From contig OZ024744.1 in assembly GCA_964016885.1 (NCBI GenBank), positions 125,922,001 through 125,986,000 on the forward strand: a DNA stretch of 64,000 nucleotides, given 5' to 3'. A program made the position numbers and the translations under genes. The notes beneath the pieces are model-generated. The model searched no databases and was not told the origin of the DNA. It saw only the letters and a list, made by a program, of their open reading frames with translations. Numbering within the stretch: position 1 is the first letter of the stretch; each line of letters starts with the position of its first letter. Positions 35,701-50,146 of this stretch are shown here, piece by piece. Source of the stretch: Eledone cirrhosa. Lineage: Eukaryota.

Positions 35701-37411
35701 CTCCGCCTGCAAACGGTCATTTTCGAATTCGTTTTCTTCGAAGCACACGATTCGCCGGCGGACTTCAGCTGCCTCATTTAGCATGGGCAGTTTTTCTCGA
35801 AAATCACACCACACACAGCAAATGTGTGTCCGCACATGTACCAGTAATTACAGATCGATTCCGGTGAAAATTCACTGAAAACGGGCCATTCGGCCCTGTG
35901 CGTCGATCGTGGGCCGGCCGGATGTTGACGGATCGATGTGTAATTAGAGGTACATGTGCGGACACTCATTGGCTGTGCGTGGTATGCATTTCAGCAAGAT
36001 ATCTCCGTAACATCAAGAGTTATGGCTGTGGAGGCACACCTAGTCAAACGTAAACAAGCTCTGGAGCGTATACGCTTCGCGATTTTGTTTACGTTTGACT
36101 AGGTGTGCCTCCACAGCCACAACTCTTGATGTTACGGAGATATCTTGCTGAAATGCATACCACGCACAGCCAATGAGTGTCCGCACATGTACTTCTAATT
36201 ACACATCGATCCGTCAACATCCGGCCGGCCCACGATCGACGCACAGGGCCGGATGGCCCGTTTGCAGTGAATTTTCACCGGAATCGATCTGTAATTACTG
36301 GTACATGTGCGGACACACATTTGCTGTGTGTGGTGTGATTTTCACGAAAAACTGCCCATGCTAAATGAGGAAGCTGAAGTCCGCCGGCGAATGGTGTGCT
36401 TCGAAGAAAACTAATTCGAAAATGACCGTTTGCAGGCGGAGTAACCTTTTCGATCGTGGGCCAGCCGCCCGTGGTGGGATACATCTGTAATTACTGGTAC
36501 ATGTGCGGACACACATTTGCTGTGTGTGGTGTGATTTTCGAGAAAGACTGCCCATGCTAAATGAGGAAGCTGAAGTCCGCCGGCGAATGGTGTGCTTCGA
36601 AGAAAACTAATTCGAAAATGACTATTTGCCGGCGGAATCACCTTTTCGGTCCTGGTCCGGCCGGATCTTGCCGGATCGATCGGAAATTTGTGGACCATGT
36701 TCGGAAGGCCATTGTGCATGTGTGGTGAAAAAAATTTGTGTCGAAATCTTCTCGGAAAATAACGGATCGCCGGCGGAGATTGCCATTTCGATCGTGGGCC
36801 GGCCGGATCTTGTCGGATCGATTCGGACATATGTGCATCGTGTTCGCAAGGCCCTTGTCTATGTGTGGTGTGATTTTCATAAAGAAATTCCGAAAAACCC
36901 AGTTTTAAATCTGATTTCGCCAAAGAATTTTGGCTATCAGATCGGGTTGAAAGGTATGGTTTCAGGTCGATCTGAAAGTCTAAAATGGAATTCACTCGGT
37001 TAGCTAACTATTGATATTTCGGAGATATCTTTCTGAAAATCACACCACACACTCCCAATGAGTGTCTGCACATGTACCAGTAATTACAGATGGATCCCAC
37101 CACGGGCGGCCGGCCCACGATCGAAAAGGTTACTCCGAAGCACACCATTCGCCGGCGGAATTCATTTAGCATGGGCAGTTTTTCTCGAAAATCACACCAC
37201 ACACAGCCAATGAGTGTCCGCACATGTACCAGTAATTACAGATGGATCCCACCACGGGCGGCTGGCCCACGATCGAAAAGGTTACTCCGCCTGCAAACGG
37301 TCATTTTCGAATTCGTTTTCTTCGAAGCACACGATTCGCCGGCGGACTTCAGCTGCCTCATTTAGCATGGGCAGTTTTTCTCGAAAATCACACCACACAC
37401 AGCCAATGAGT

Positions 37412-37483
37412 TTAAAATACTCACCGTTTGATTTGGAAAAACTTAAAATGCTCACATATATATGTGTATGTATTTATCTATGC

Positions 37484-37534
<51 letters not shown>

Positions 37535-38000
37535 TATGTATTTATCTATGTATTTATCTATATGCATGGATATATATATATATATATATATTTATCTATG
37601 TATTTATCTATATGCATGGATATATATATATATATGTATTTATCTATGCATGTATGAATATATAAAATATATATATATATATATGTGTGTATGTATTTAT
37701 CTATGCATGTATGAATATATAAAATATATATATATATATATATGTATGTATTTATCTATGCATGTATATATATATAAAATATATACATAAATATATATAT
37801 ATATGTATTTATCTATGCATGTGTGCATACATATATATATATATATGTATTTATCTATACATGTATGTATATATATATATATACATATATAAGTATTTAT
37901 CTATACATGTATGTATATATATATATACATATATATGTATTTATCTATACATGTATGTATATATATATATATGTATATAAGTATTTATCTATACATGTAT

Positions 38001-38033
<33 letters not shown>

Positions 38034-39673
38034 AGTATTTATATATACATGTATGTATATATAAAATATTGTCATGTTTACAAAAATATTTTTCTAATAT
38101 CGTGTTTAATATTTTATATTGTCGTCTGCTTCTCTTCTCACGTGGTTACTTACTCTCTCACCCTCTCTCTCTTTCCCCTCTCATACAACCCCTTCTTTCT
38201 CTTTCTTTCCCCTCTCACACAACCTCTTCTTTCTCTCTCTTTTTGCCAGTCCCTTCTCTCACTCTCTCTCCCTCTTCCTTTTTTATCTCTTTCTTTCTGT
38301 CTCTGTTTCCCTCCTATAGACATTCTCTCTCTCTCTTTCTGCTCTCACTCAGCCTTCTCTCTCTCTCTCTCTCTTTCCCCTCTCACACAGTCTTCTCTCT
38401 CTCTCTTTCCCCTCTCACACAGCATTCTCTCTCTCTCTCTCTCTCTTTCCCCTCTCACACAGCATTCTCTCTCTCTCTCTCTCTCTCTTTATTTCCCCTC
38501 TCACACAGCCTTCTCTCTCTATCTATCTATCTCTCTCTCTGGAGATTTTTTAACACAAAGTCACACAAGGATTAGAAAAATGGCGATAATCACTTTGAAA
38601 GTAACAATTATGCAATAAATAGTTGTTATTGCCACGTCTCGTATCCTCCTTTGGCAATGTGTAAAATGTTAGCGAGATCGAGTGAACAATACACAAGTTA
38701 TAATACTTTACAGACGGGACTTATACAGTAGATGTAGCAAAATGCGTAGATTACGATTCTTGAGACGAGATTAAAATATACGATTAGGGGATACTTTAAG
38801 AAGACGAGTAGATGTTTGAGTAGATTTAGCTGCTTTTTCTAGCATTTTTAGTTATACTTTGAAGCACATTTTTTTTGTTACTATTATATTAAAAGTTATC
38901 TGGTTACGTTATTTGACTGGTATTTCTAGCATTTTACAAGGACCACGTGTGTGTTTTATTTAAGGAAGATCTAGTTGTTATTTCTGATATTTTCTTCATC
39001 AAGTTAGTTGCTATTTCCTGCATCCTCTTGAAGACAAGAAATAATAATGAATTAGCTGCTGTTTCTAGTAGGTTCTATGGTAGTGATGAGCGTGGGAGGG
39101 GGGTTTGACTGCTATTTTTAGCAGGTTCTAAGGCATTGAGGTTTATGTTTTACGAGAGATTTGGCTGTTATTTCTAACATGTTATAATGGAGAGAGAGAG
39201 AGAGTATAAGATATACAGAGAGAGGGAGTATAAGATATAGAGAGAGGGGAAACGGCCGATGTTTACGTTGAGAAAACCTAATAAAATGTTATAAATGGGT
39301 TTATAAAGAATAGAATGAGATAAACAAGACAAAGTTAGATAAAATAAATCAGCTGTAAGGATATTATACGATATATTTATAATATTTTAATATATTTTTC
39401 CTGGTCGTCTGCTGCCATTGATAGAGAGAGGAGTGGTGGGAGGTAGCCATAACAACCGTGGTAGCAGCACTGAGGTTTGTTTTTAAAGAAGTGAATACAA
39501 GAAAAACAAGCAACTAAGAATATTAATCTCTTAAACCCTTCAAGATGTGTATGACAAGAAAGAAGACGTTTTAGAGTCGTATGACATAGATGATAACTGG
39601 AAATTCTTACGTGACAACTTACTGCAGGCTACTGAAGAAACTTGTGGCTGGAGCAGAGCTCCGACCAGACAGA
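37412..39673 (+). repeat. Captured flank cassette, copy 4 (type A, 2262 bp)
   Basis: SNPs GATTAGGGGA, AAGCACATTT, TTATTTAAGG as in copy 1. Confidence 0.92.
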
Positions 39674-41136
39674 AGTACATGTGCGGACACTCATTGGCTG
39701 TGCGTGGTATGCATTTCAGCAAGATATCTCCGTAACATCAAGAGTTATGGCTGTGGAGGCACACCTAGTCAAACGTAAACAAGCTCTGGAGCGTATACGC
39801 TTCGCGATTTTGTTTACGTTTGACTAGGTGTGCCTCCACAGCCACAACTCTTGATGTTACGGAGATATCTTGCTGAAATGCATACCACGCACAGCCAATG
39901 AGTGTCCGCACATGTACTTCTAATTACACATCGATCCGTCAACATCCGGCCGGCCCACGATCGACGCACAGGGCCGGATGGCCCGTTTGCAGTGAATTTT
40001 CACCGGAATCGATCTGTAATTACTGGTACATGTGCGGACACACATTTGCTGTGTGTGGTGTGATTTTCACGAAAAACTGCCCATGCTAAATGAGGAAGCT
40101 GAAGTCCGCCGGCGAATGGTGTGCTTCGAAGAAAACTAATTCGAAAATGACCGTTTGCAGGCGGAGTAACCTTTTCGATCGTGGGCCAGCCGCCCGTGGT
40201 GGGATACATCTGTAATTACTGGTACATGTGCGGACACACATTTGCTGTGTGTGGTGTGATTTTCGAGAAAGACTGCCCATGCTAAATGAGGAAGCTGAAG
40301 TCCGCCGGCGAATGGTGTGCTTCGAAGAAAACTAATTCGAAAATGACTATTTGCCGGCGGAATCACCTTTTCGGTCCTGGTCCGGCCGGATCTTGCCGGA
40401 TCGATCGGAAATTTGTGGACCATGTTCGGAAGGCCATTGTGCATGTGTGGTGAAAAAAATTTGTGTCGAAATCTTCTCGGAAAATAACGGATCGCCGGCG
40501 GAGATTGCCATTTCGATCGTGGGCCGGCCGGATCTTGTCGGATCGATTCGGACATATGTGCATCGTGTTCGCAAGGCCCTTGTCTATGTGTGGTGTGATT
40601 TTCATAAAGAAATTCCGAAAAACCCAGTTTTAAATCTGATTTCGCCAAAGAATTTTGGCTATCAGATCGGGTTGAAAGGTATGGTTTCAGGTCGATCTGA
40701 AAGTCTAAAATGGAATTCACTCGGTTAGCTAACTATTGATATATCGGAGATATCTTTCTGAAAATCACACCACACACTCCCAATGAGTGTCTGCACATGT
40801 ACCAGTAATTACAGATGGATCCCACCACGGGCGGCCGGCCCACGATCGAAAAGGTTACTCCGAAGCACACCATTCGCCGGCGGAATTCATTTAGCATGGG
40901 CAGTTTTTCTCGAAAATCACACCACACACAGCCAATGAGTGTCCGCACATGTACCAGTAATTACAGATGGATCCCACCACGGGCGGCTGGCCCACGATCG
41001 AAAAGGTTACTCCGCCTGCAAACGGTCATTTTCGAATTCGTTTTCTTCGAAGCACACGATTCGCCGGCGGACTTCAGCTGCCTCATTTAGCATGGGCAGT
41101 TTTTCTCGAAAATCACACCACACACAGCCAATGAGT

Positions 41137-41211
41137 TTAAAATACTCACCGTTTGATTTGGAAAAACTTAAAATGCTCACATATATATGTGTATGTATTT
41201 ATCTATGCATG

Positions 41212-41256
<45 letters not shown>

Positions 41257-41594
41257 GTATTTATCTATGTATTTATCTATATGCATGGATATATATATAT
41301 ATATATATATTTATCTATGTATTTATCTATATGCATGGATATATATATATATATATATGTATTTATCTATGCATGTATGAATATATAAAATATATATATA
41401 TATATATGTGTGTATGTATTTATCTATGCATGTATGAATATATAAAATATATATATATATATATATGTATGTATTTATCTATGCATGTATATATATATAA
41501 ATATATACATAAATATATATATATATATATGTATTTATCTATACATGTATGTATATATATATATACATATATATGTATTTATCTATACATGTAT

Positions 41595-41627
<33 letters not shown>

Positions 41628-43253
41628 AGTATTTATCTATACATGTATGTATATATAAAATATTGTCATGTTTACAAAAATATTTTTCTAATATCGTGTT
41701 TAATATTTTATATTGTCGTCTGCTTCTCTTCTCACGTGGTTACTTACTCTCTCACCCTCTCTCTCTTTCCCCTCTCATACAACCCCTTCTTTCTCTTTCT
41801 TTCCCCTCTCACACAACCTCTTCTTTCTCTCTCTTTTTGCCAGTCCCTTCTCTCACTCTCTCTCCCTCTTCCTTTTTTATCTCTTTCTTTCTGTCTCTGT
41901 TTCCCTCCTATAGACATTCTCTCTCTCTCTTTCTGCTCTCACTCAGCCTTCTCTCTCTTTCCCCTCTCACACAGTCTTCTCTCTCTCTCTTTCCCCTCTC
42001 ACACAGCATTCTCTCTCTCTCTCTCTCTCTTTCCCCTCTCACACAGCATTCTCTCTCTCTCTCTCTCTTTATTTCCCCTCTCACACAGCCTTCTCTCTCT
42101 ATCTATCTATCTCTCTCTCTGGAGATTTTTTAACACAAAGTCACACAAGGATTAGAAAAATGGCGATAATCACTTTGAAAGTAACAATTATGCAATAAAT
42201 AGTTGTTATTGCCACGTCTCGTATCCTCCTTTGGCAATGTGTAAAATGTTAGCGAGATCGAGTGAACAATACACAAGTTATAATACTTTACAGACGGGAC
42301 TTATACAGTAGATGTAGCAAAATGCGTAGATTACGATTCTTGAGACGAGATTAAAATATACGATTATGGGATACTTTAAGAAGACGAGTAGATGTTTGAG
42401 TAGATTTAGCTGCTTTTTCTAGCATTTTTAGTTATACTTTGAAGCAAATTTTTTTTGTTACTATTATATTAAAAGTTATCTGGTTACGTTATTTGACTGG
42501 TATTTCTAGCATTTTACAAGGACCACGTGTGTGTTTTATTTGAGGAAGATCTAGTTGTTATTTCTGATATTTTCTTCATCAAGTTAGTTGCTATTTCCTG
42601 CATCCTCTTGAAGACAAGAAATAATAATGAATTAGCTGCTGTTTCTAGTAGGTTCTATGGTAGTGATGAGCGTGGGAGGGAGGTTTGACTGCTATTTTTA
42701 GCAGGTTCTAAGGCATTGAGGTTTATGTTTTACGAGAGATTTGGCTGTTATTTCTAACATGTTATAATGGAGAGAGAGAGAGAGTATAAGATATACAGAG
42801 AGAGGGAGTATAAGATATAGAGAGAGGGGAAACGGCCGATGTTTACGTTGAGAAAACCTAATAAAATGTTATAAATGGGTTTATAAAGAATAGAATGAGA
42901 TAAACAAGACAAAGTTAGATAAAATAAATCAGCTGTAAGGATATTATACGATATATTTATAATATTTTAATATATTTTTCCTGGTCGTCTGCTGCCATTG
43001 ATAGAGAGAGGAGTGGTGGGAGGTAGCCATAACAACCGTGGTAGCAGCACTGAGGTTTGTTTTTAAAGAAGTGAATACAAGAAAAACAAGCAACTAAGAA
43101 TATTAATCTCTTAAACCCTTCAAGATGTGTATGACAAGAAAGAAGACGTTTTAGAGTCGTATGACATAGATGATAACTGGAAATTCTTACGTGACAACTT
43201 ACTGCAGGCTACTGAAGAAACTTGTGGCTGGAGCAGAGCTCCGACCAGACAGA
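41137..43253 (+). repeat. Captured flank cassette, copy 5 (type B)
   Basis: Offset 10473 bp from copy 3. Confidence 0.92.
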
Positions 43254-46200
43254 AGTACATGTGCGGACACTCATTGGCTGTGCGTGGTATGCATTTCAGC
43301 AAGATATCTCCGTAACATCAAGAGTTATGGCTGTGGAGGCACACCTAGTCAAACGTAAACAAGCTCTGGAGCGTGTACGCTTCGCGATTTTGTTTACGTT
43401 TGACTAGGTGTGCCTCCACAGCCACAACTCTTGATGTTACGGAGATATCTTGCTGAAATGCATACCACGCACAGCCAATGAGTGTCCGCACATGTACTTC
43501 TAATTACACATCGATCCGTCAACATCCGGCCGGCCCACGATCGACGCACAGGGCCGGATGGCCCGTTTGCAGTGAATTTTCACCGGAATCGATCTGTAAT
43601 TACTGGTACATGTGCGGACACACATTTGCTGTGTGTGGTGTGATTTTCACGAAAAACTGCCCATGCTAAATGAGGAAGCTGAAGTCCGCCGGCGAATGGT
43701 GTGCTTCGAAGAAAACTAATTCGAAAATGACCGTTTGCAGGCGGAGTAACCTTTTCGATCGTGGGCCAGCCGCCCGTGGTGGGATACATCTGTAATTACT
43801 GGTACATGTGCGGACACACATTTGCTGTGTGTGGTGTGATTTTCGAGAAAGACTGCCCATGCTAAATGCGGAAGCTGAAGTCCGCCGGCGAATGGTGTGC
43901 TTCGAAGAAAACTAATTCGAAAATGACTATTTGCCGGCGGAATCACCTTTTCGGTCCTGGTCCGGCCGGATCTTGCCGGATCGATCGGAAATTTGTGGAC
44001 CATGTTCGGAAGGCCATTGTGCATGTGTGGTGAAAAAAATTTGTGTCGAAATCTTCTCGGAAAATAACGGATCGCCGGCGGAGATTGCCATTTCGATCGT
44101 GGGCCGGCCGGATCTTGTCGGATCGATTCGGACATATGTGCATCGTGTTCGCAAGGCCCTTGTCTATGTGTGGTGTGATTTTCATAAAGAAATTCCGAAA
44201 AACCCAGTTTTAAATCTGATTTCGCCAAAGAATTTTGGCTATCAGATCGGGTTGAAAGGTATGGTTTCAGGTCGATCTGAAAGTCTAAAATGGAATTCAC
44301 TCGGTTAGCTAACTATTGATATATCGGAGATATCTTTCTGAAAATCACACCACACACTCCCAATGAGTGTCTGCACATGTACCAGTAATTACAGATGGAT
44401 CCCACCACGGGCGGCCGGCCCACGATCGAAAAGGTTACTCCGAAGCACACCATTCGCCGGCGGAATTCATTTAGCATGGGCAGTTTTTCTCGAAAATCAC
44501 ACCACACACAGCCAATGAGTGTCCGCACATGTACCAGTAATTACAGATGGATCCCACCACGGGCGGCTGGCCCACGATCGAAAAGGTTACTCCGCCTGCA
44601 AACGGTCATTTTCGAATTCGTTTTCTTCGAAGCACACGATTCGCCGGCGGACTTCAGCTGCCTCATTTAGCATGGGCAGTTTTTCTCGAAAATCACACCA
44701 CACACAGCAAATGTGTGTCCGCACATGTACCAGTAATTACAGATCGATTCCGGTGAAAATTCACTGAAAACGGGCCATTCGGCCCTGTGCGTCGATCGTG
44801 GGCCGGCCGGATGTTGACGGATCGATGTGTAATTAGAGGTACATGTGCGGACACTCATTGGCTGTGCGTGGTATGCATTTCAGCAAGATATCTCCGTAAC
44901 ATCAAGAGTTATGGCTGTGGAGGCACACCTAGTCAAACGTAAACAAGCTCTGGAGCGTATACGCTTCGCGATTTTGTTTACGTTTGACTAGGTGTGCCTC
45001 CACAGCCACAACTCTTGATGTTACGGAGATATCTTGCTGAAATGCATACCACGCACAGCCAATGAGTGTCCGCACATGTACTTCTAATTACACATCGATC
45101 CGTCAACATCCGGCCGGCCCACGATCGACGCACAGGGCCGGATGGCCCGTTTGCAGTGAATTTTCACCGGAATCGATCTGTAATTACTGGTACATGTGCG
45201 GACACACATTTGCTGTGTGTGGTGTGATTTTCACGAAAAACTGCCCATGCTAAATGAGGAAGCTGAAGTCCGCCGGCGAATGGTGTGCTTCGAAGAAAAC
45301 TAATTCGAAAATGACCGTTTGCAGGCGGAGTAACCTTTTCGATCGTGGGCCAGCCGCCCGTGGTGGGATACATCTGTAATTACTGGTACATGTGCGGACA
45401 CACATTTGCTGTGTGTGGTGTGATTTTCGAGAAAGACTGCCCATGCTAAATGAGGAAGCTGAAGTCCGCCGGCGAATGGTGTGCTTCGAAGAAAACTAAT
45501 TCGAAAATGACTATTTGCCGGCGGAATCACCTTTTCGGTCCTGGTCCGGCCGGATCTTGCCGGATCGATCGGAAATTTGTGGACCATGTTCGGAAGGCCA
45601 TTGTGCATGTGTGGTGAAAAAAATTTGTGTCGAAATCTTCTCGGAAAATAACGGATCGCCGGCGGAGATTGCCATTTCGATCGTGGGCCGGCCGGATCTT
45701 GTCGGATCGATTCGGACATATGTGCATCGTGTTCGCAAGGCCCTTGTCTATGTGTGGTGTGATTTTCATAAAGAAATTCCGAAAAACCCAGTTTTAAATC
45801 TGATTTCGCCAAAGAATTTTGGCTATCAGATCGGGTTGAAAGGTATGGTTTCAGGTCGATCTGAAAGTCTAAAATGGAATTCACTCGGTTAGCTAACTAT
45901 TGATATATCGGAGATATCTTTCTGAAAATCACACCACACACTCCCAATGAGTGTCTGCACATGTACCAGTAATTACAGATGGATCCCACCACGGGCGGCC
46001 GGCCCACGATCGAAAAGGTTACTCCGAAGCACACCATTCGCCGGCGGAATTCATTTAGCATGGGCAGTTTTTCTCGAAAATCACACCACAAACAGCCAAT
46101 GAGTGTCCGCACATGTACCAGTAATTACAGATGGATCCCACCACGGGCGGCTGGCCCACGATCGAAAAGGTTACTCCGCCTGCAAACGGTCATTTTCGAA

Positions 46201-47884
46201 TTCGTTTTCTTCGAAGCACACGATTCGCCGGCGGACTTCAGCTGCCTCATTTAGCATGGGCAGTTTTTCTCGAAAATCACACCACACACAGCAAATGTGT
46301 GTCCGCACATGTACCAGTAATTACAGATCGATTCCGGTGAAAATTCACTGAAAACGGGCCATTCGGCCCTGTGCGTCGATCGTGGGCCGGCCGGATGTTG
46401 ACGGATCGATGTGTAATTAGAGGTACATGTGCGGACACTCATTGGCTGTGCGTGGTATGCATTTCAGCAAGATATCTCCGTAACATCAAGAGTTATGGCT
46501 GTGGAGGCACACCTAGTCAAACGTAAACAAGCTCTGGAGCGTATACGCTTCGCGATTTTGTTTACGTTTGACTAGGTGTGCCTCCACAGCCACAACTCTT
46601 GATGTTACGGAGATATCTTGCTGAAATGCATACCACGCACAGCCAATGAGTGTCCGCACATGTACTTCTAATTACACATCGATCCGTCAACATCCGGCCG
46701 GCCCACGATCGACGCACAGGGCCGGATGGCCCGTTTGCAGTGAATTTTCACCGGAATCGATCTGTAATTACTGGTACATGTGCGGACACACATTTGCTGT
46801 GTGTGGTGTGATTTTCACGAAAAACTGCCCATGCTAAATGAGGAAGCTGAAGTCCGCCGGCGAATGGTGTGCTTCGAAGAAAACTAATTCGAAAATGACC
46901 GTTTGCAGGCGGAGTAACCTTTTCGATCGTGGGCCAGCCGCCCGTGGTGGGATACATCTGTAATTACTGGTACATGTGCGGACACACATTTGCTGTGTGT
47001 GGTGTGATTTTCGAGAAAGACTGCCCATGCTAAATGAGGAAGCTGAAGTCCGCCGGCGAATGGTGTGCTTCGAAGAAAACTAATTCGAAAATGACTATTT
47101 GCCGGCGGAATCACCTTTTCGGTCCTGGTCCGGCCGGATCTTGCCGGATCGATCGGAAATTTGTGGACCATGTTCGGAAGGCCATTGTGCATGTGTGGTG
47201 AAAAAAATTTGTGTCGAAATCTTCTCGGAAAATAACGGATCGCCGGCGGAGATTGCCATTTCGATCGTGGGCCGGCCGGATCTTGTCGGATCGATTCGGA
47301 CATATGTGCATCGTGTTCGCAAGGCCCTTGTCTATGTGTGGTGTGATTTTCATAAAGAAATTCCGAAAAACCCAGTTTTAAATCTGATTTCGCCAAAGAA
47401 TTTTGGCTATCAGATCGGGTTGAAAGGTATGGTTTCAGGTCGATCTGAAAGTCTAAAATGGAATTCACTCGGTTAGCTAACTATTGATATTTCGGAGATA
47501 TCTTTCTGAAAATCACACCACACACTCCCAATGAGTGTCTGCACATGTACCAGTAATTACAGATGGATCCCACCACGGGCGGCCGGCCCACGATCGAAAA
47601 GGTTACTCCGAAGCACACCATTCGCCGGCGGAATTCATTTAGCATGGGCAGTTTTTCTCGAAAATCACACCACACACAGCCAATGAGTGTCCGCACATGT
47701 ACCAGTAATTACAGATGGATCCCACCACGGGCGGCTGGCCCACGATCGAAAAGGTTACTCCGCCTGCAAACGGTCATTTTCGAATTCGTTTTCTTCGAAG
47801 CACACGATTCGCCGGCGGACTTCAGCTGCCTCATTTAGCATGGGCAGTTTTTCTCGAAAATCACACCACACACAGCCAATGAGT

Positions 47885-47956
47885 TTAAAATACTCACCGT
47901 TTGATTTGGAAAAACTTAAAATGCTCACATATATATGTGTATGTATTTATCTATGC

Positions 47957-48007
<51 letters not shown>

Positions 48008-48473
48008 TATGTATTTATCTATGTATTTATCTATATGCATGGATATATATATATATATATATATTTATCTATGTATTTATCTATATGCATGGATATATAT
48101 ATATATATGTATTTATCTATGCATGTATGAATATATAAAATATATATATATATATATGTGTGTATGTATTTATCTATGCATGTATGAATATATAAAATAT
48201 ATATATATATATATATGTATGTATTTATCTATGCATGTATATATATATAAAATATATACATAAATATATATATATATGTATTTATCTATGCATGTGTGCA
48301 TACATATATATATATATATGTATTTATCTATACATGTATGTATATATATATATATACATATATAAGTATTTATCTATACATGTATGTATATATATATATA
48401 CATATATATGTATTTATCTATACATGTATGTATATATATATATATGTATATAAGTATTTATCTATACATGTAT

Positions 48474-48506
<33 letters not shown>

Positions 48507-50146
48507 AGTATTTATATATACATGTATGTATATATAAAATATTGTCATGTTTACAAAAATATTTTTCTAATATCGTGTTTAATATTTTATATTGTCGTCT
48601 GCTTCTCTTCTCACGTGGTTACTTACTCTCTCACCCTCTCTCTCTTTCCCCTCTCATACAACCCCTTCTTTCTCTTTCTTTCCCCTCTCACACAACCTCT
48701 TCTTTCTCTCTCTTTTTGCCAGTCCCTTCTCTCACTCTCTCTCCCTCTTCCTTTTTTATCTCTTTCTTTCTGTCTCTGTTTCCCTCCTATAGACATTCTC
48801 TCTCTCTCTTTCTGCTCTCACTCAGCCTTCTCTCTCTCTCTCTCTCTTTCCCCTCTCACACAGTCTTCTCTCTCTCTCTTTCCCCTCTCACACAGCATTC
48901 TCTCTCTCTCTCTCTCTCTTTCCCCTCTCACACAGCATTCTCTCTCTCTCTCTCTCTCTCTTTATTTCCCCTCTCACACAGCCTTCTCTCTCTATCTATC
49001 TATCTCTCTCTCTGGAGATTTTTTAACACAAAGTCACACAAGGATTAGAAAAATGGCGATAATCACTTTGAAAGTAACAATTATGCAATAAATAGTTGTT
49101 ATTGCCACGTCTCGTATCCTCCTTTGGCAATGTGTAAAATGTTAGCGAGATCGAGTGAACAATACACAAGTTATAATACTTTACAGACGGGACTTATACA
49201 GTAGATGTAGCAAAATGCGTAGATTACGATTCTTGAGACGAGATTAAAATATACGATTAGGGGATACTTTAAGAAGACGAGTAGATGTTTGAGTAGATTT
49301 AGCTGCTTTTTCTAGCATTTTTAGTTATACTTTGAAGCACATTTTTTTTGTTACTATTATATTAAAAGTTATCTGGTTACGTTATTTGACTGGTATTTCT
49401 AGCATTTTACAAGGACCACGTGTGTGTTTTATTTAAGGAAGATCTAGTTGTTATTTCTGATATTTTCTTCATCAAGTTAGTTGCTATTTCCTGCATCCTC
49501 TTGAAGACAAGAAATAATAATGAATTAGCTGCTGTTTCTAGTAGGTTCTATGGTAGTGATGAGCGTGGGAGGGGGGTTTGACTGCTATTTTTAGCAGGTT
49601 CTAAGGCATTGAGGTTTATGTTTTACGAGAGATTTGGCTGTTATTTCTAACATGTTATAATGGAGAGAGAGAGAGAGTATAAGATATACAGAGAGAGGGA
49701 GTATAAGATATAGAGAGAGGGGAAACGGCCGATGTTTACGTTGAGAAAACCTAATAAAATGTTATAAATGGGTTTATAAAGAATAGAATGAGATAAACAA
49801 GACAAAGTTAGATAAAATAAATCAGCTGTAAGGATATTATACGATATATTTATAATATTTTAATATATTTTTCCTGGTCGTCTGCTGCCATTGATAGAGA
49901 GAGGAGTGGTGGGAGGTAGCCATAACAACCGTGGTAGCAGCACTGAGGTTTGTTTTTAAAGAAGTGAATACAAGAAAAACAAGCAACTAAGAATATTAAT
50001 CTCTTAAACCCTTCAAGATGTGTATGACAAGAAAGAAGACGTTTTAGAGTCGTATGACATAGATGATAACTGGAAATTCTTACGTGACAACTTACTGCAG
50101 GCTACTGAAGAAACTTGTGGCTGGAGCAGAGCTCCGACCAGACAGA
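47885..50146 (+). repeat. Captured flank cassette, copy 6 (type A)
   Basis: Offset 10473 bp from copy 4. Confidence 0.92.
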